DNA from: an uncultured Planctomycetaceae bacterium | Lineage (GTDB): Bacteria; Planctomycetota; Planctomycetia; Isosphaerales; Isosphaeraceae | NCBI GenBank assembly: GCA_963833985.1 | Contig: CAWIAD010000001.1 | Coordinates: 2,656,001-2,720,000, forward strand | DNA: 64,000 bases | Direction: 5' to 3' | Part shown: one piece after another, positions 62,399 to 64,000 of the stretch | Numbering within the stretch: the first letter of the stretch is position 1 | Layout: each line of letters begins with the position of its first letter | The notes under the pieces: generated by a model | Seen by the model: only the letters and a program-made list of their open reading frames with translations | The model's database searches: none | What the model was told of the DNA's origin: nothing | Made by a program: the position numbers and the translations under genes

Positions 62399-63717
62399 GG
62401 AACCGCGAAAAAATAACTTGAGCAATTATTTTGTGGGACGGATGGTGTAGTTCCATTCGCCGTGGAACTTGGCACGCGTCAATCTCAGGTGAGCGAGTTG
62501 CTCGTCGCTGACCTCAATCCCTATTTCATATTCATTGGTATCCAGGGCTGCTTGCACCGTCAATCCCGTCTCTTTGGTCGTGCTAGCGATGAGGTTGACG
62601 ATCACCTCGTAACTGGTCAACGGTCGGCCCCGCCAGTTCTTGGTGATGAAGCAGAAGAGGCGATGCTCGATCTTGTTCCACTTACTCGTTCCCGGTGGGA
62701 AGTGACAGACACGAAGGATCAGACCCAAGTCGTTTGCCAAGCCTTGCAGGGCAACCTTCCACAAGCGGTTACGACTGCTGTTGCTCCCCCCACCATCGGC
62801 TGTGATCATCAACTCGGTCGCTCGCGGATAACGGCTGGCCCCCAACTCGTGCCACCAGCGACCGATGCTTGCCGCGGCGAACTGGGCCGTATCATGATCA
62901 ATCCCCACGCTGACCCAACCCTCGTTGCGGGCCATGTCGTACACACCGTAGGGGATCGCTTTGCCGAGTTTCTTGTCTGGGAAGTCGTGCACTTTGACTT
63001 TCTCGGGCTTCCCCTTCGGCTGCCACTCCTCGCCCACATTCTTGAACTCGCCCACCAACTCCTTCTTTTTCGTGTCGACGGAGACCACCGGCTGGTAGCG
63101 CCTTTGGCACGCAACGACCTGTCGATTGATATACTCAAACTGTGCGTTGCGATCCGGATGCGAAGAGCCTTCCTTGGTCTTTCGATTGGCCTGCAAGCTG
63201 TAGCCCGACTGCTTCAGGAGGGCCGCGACGGTGCGGTCTGTTACGGGGTGGTTCTGCCGTTGAAGTTCCTCTGCCAACCTGCGTGTGCTCTTACACGTCC
63301 AGCGCAAGGGAGATTCTGGGTGCCCTCGAGTAACCGGATCAACCAAAGCATTCAGAGCCTTCAACAATCCGGGGTCAATCTCCGTCAGCGGCTTGCGACC
63401 ACCCCCGATACACCGCAGGCGGACACCAACGGCCTCGCCCGGATTTGCCTGGCGATGCTCAAGTTCACGGACACCGGTCGCGATGGTATTGCGCCGAGCC
63501 CTGTAGCAGCCGAGACAACGGTGACGCCACCCCAACCAAGCGCGGCGGCTTCAGCGGCAGCCCATTGTCTACGCATCCGCTCGTCCATCACAGGAGAGAT
63601 CGCCAGGTATTTCTGTCGTATCCGTTCGATTGCTTTTGCATCCTGCATGCAGCAAGTATCGTCAAAATATCCACTTCCCACAATACGAACTTGCTTAAGT
63701 TATTTTTTCGCGGTTCC
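62399..63717 (-). mobile_element. ISAzo13-family insertion sequence
   Basis: IRs GGAACCGCGAAAAAATAACTT(G/A)AGCAA at both ends; flanking TGA on each side (3-bp duplication). Confidence 0.92.
62426..63648 (-). CDS. ISAzo13-family transposase (apparent frameshift ~63497)
   Basis: MQDAKAIERIRQKY..DERMRRQWAAAEA; SPLRWTCKS; SVDTKKKELVG; ITADGGGSN; PPGTSKWNKIEHRLF. Confidence 0.92.
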
Positions 63718-63780
63718 TGAGTATCCGGTGCGCCGTCGCTGCACTTGACGCACATTATGATGGCTTGCTACCTCACGTTT

Positions 63781-64000
63781 TTATCCTGCAAGCTCGCGGA
63801 GGCGCTTGATCAGCTCGAGCGCCTCCGCGGGGGCGAGCTGTGCGGGGTCGAGGCGCCGCAGTTCCTCGAGCAGCGGATCGGGAAGGGCCGCGAACAGGCT
63901 GCCGGTGAGCGCTCGCCCGGTCTTCACCTTGCGACGGATCGGGCCTTCGGGCAGGCCAGGGTCGGGACCGTGCTGTTTTTCCAGGAAGGCCAGGATCTCG
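63781..64000 (-). CDS. mutS: C-terminus of DNA mismatch repair protein MutS (partial)
   Basis: EILAFLE...SLFAALPDPLLEELRRLDPAQLAPAEALELIKRLRELAG* resembles the MutS C-terminal tetramerisation tail. Confidence 0.75.
   Translation of the reverse strand, partial: EILAFLEKQHGPDPGLPEGPIRRKVKTGRALTGSLFAALPDPLLEELRRLDPAQLAPAEALELIKRLRELAG

Overview
GC-rich chromosomal segment that reads as Planctomycetota, probably Isosphaeraceae-like. This is inferred from the LEGRQLLS planctomycete secretion motif, ECF sigma factors with membrane-linked C-terminal extensions, an ECF/Ser-Thr-kinase pair, Uma2 nucleases and Tat-exported aldo/keto reductases. The first ~27 kb is mostly housekeeping and envelope genes (pyrD, TolC, ECF42+YciI, S41 protease, two AKRs, nucleotide pyrophosphatase, APH kinase, TlpA fusion, two GT-C-like membrane proteins). 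From 27 kb onward it is a signalling-rich accessory region with 4 more ECF sigma factors, 3 Hanks kinases and a BlaI/M56 pair, ending at the 3' end of mutS. Five IS insertions can be resolved with IRs and target duplications: two copies each of two different IS1634-family elements (one nested in the other) and one ISAzo13. Several REP/MITE-type repeats and a RAYT-like relic are also present. The most unusual structure is at 40.3-42.6 kb, where two unrelated toxin-antitoxin pairs alternate with ~210-bp diverged copies of the 3' end of an FHA-kinase gene, resembling a cassette array built by repeated insertion into that gene. Many isolated single-base frameshifts, including two in pyrD, suggest long-read consensus errors, so most frameshift pseudogene calls are provisional. 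All family calls come from motif recognition by eye; no searches were run.
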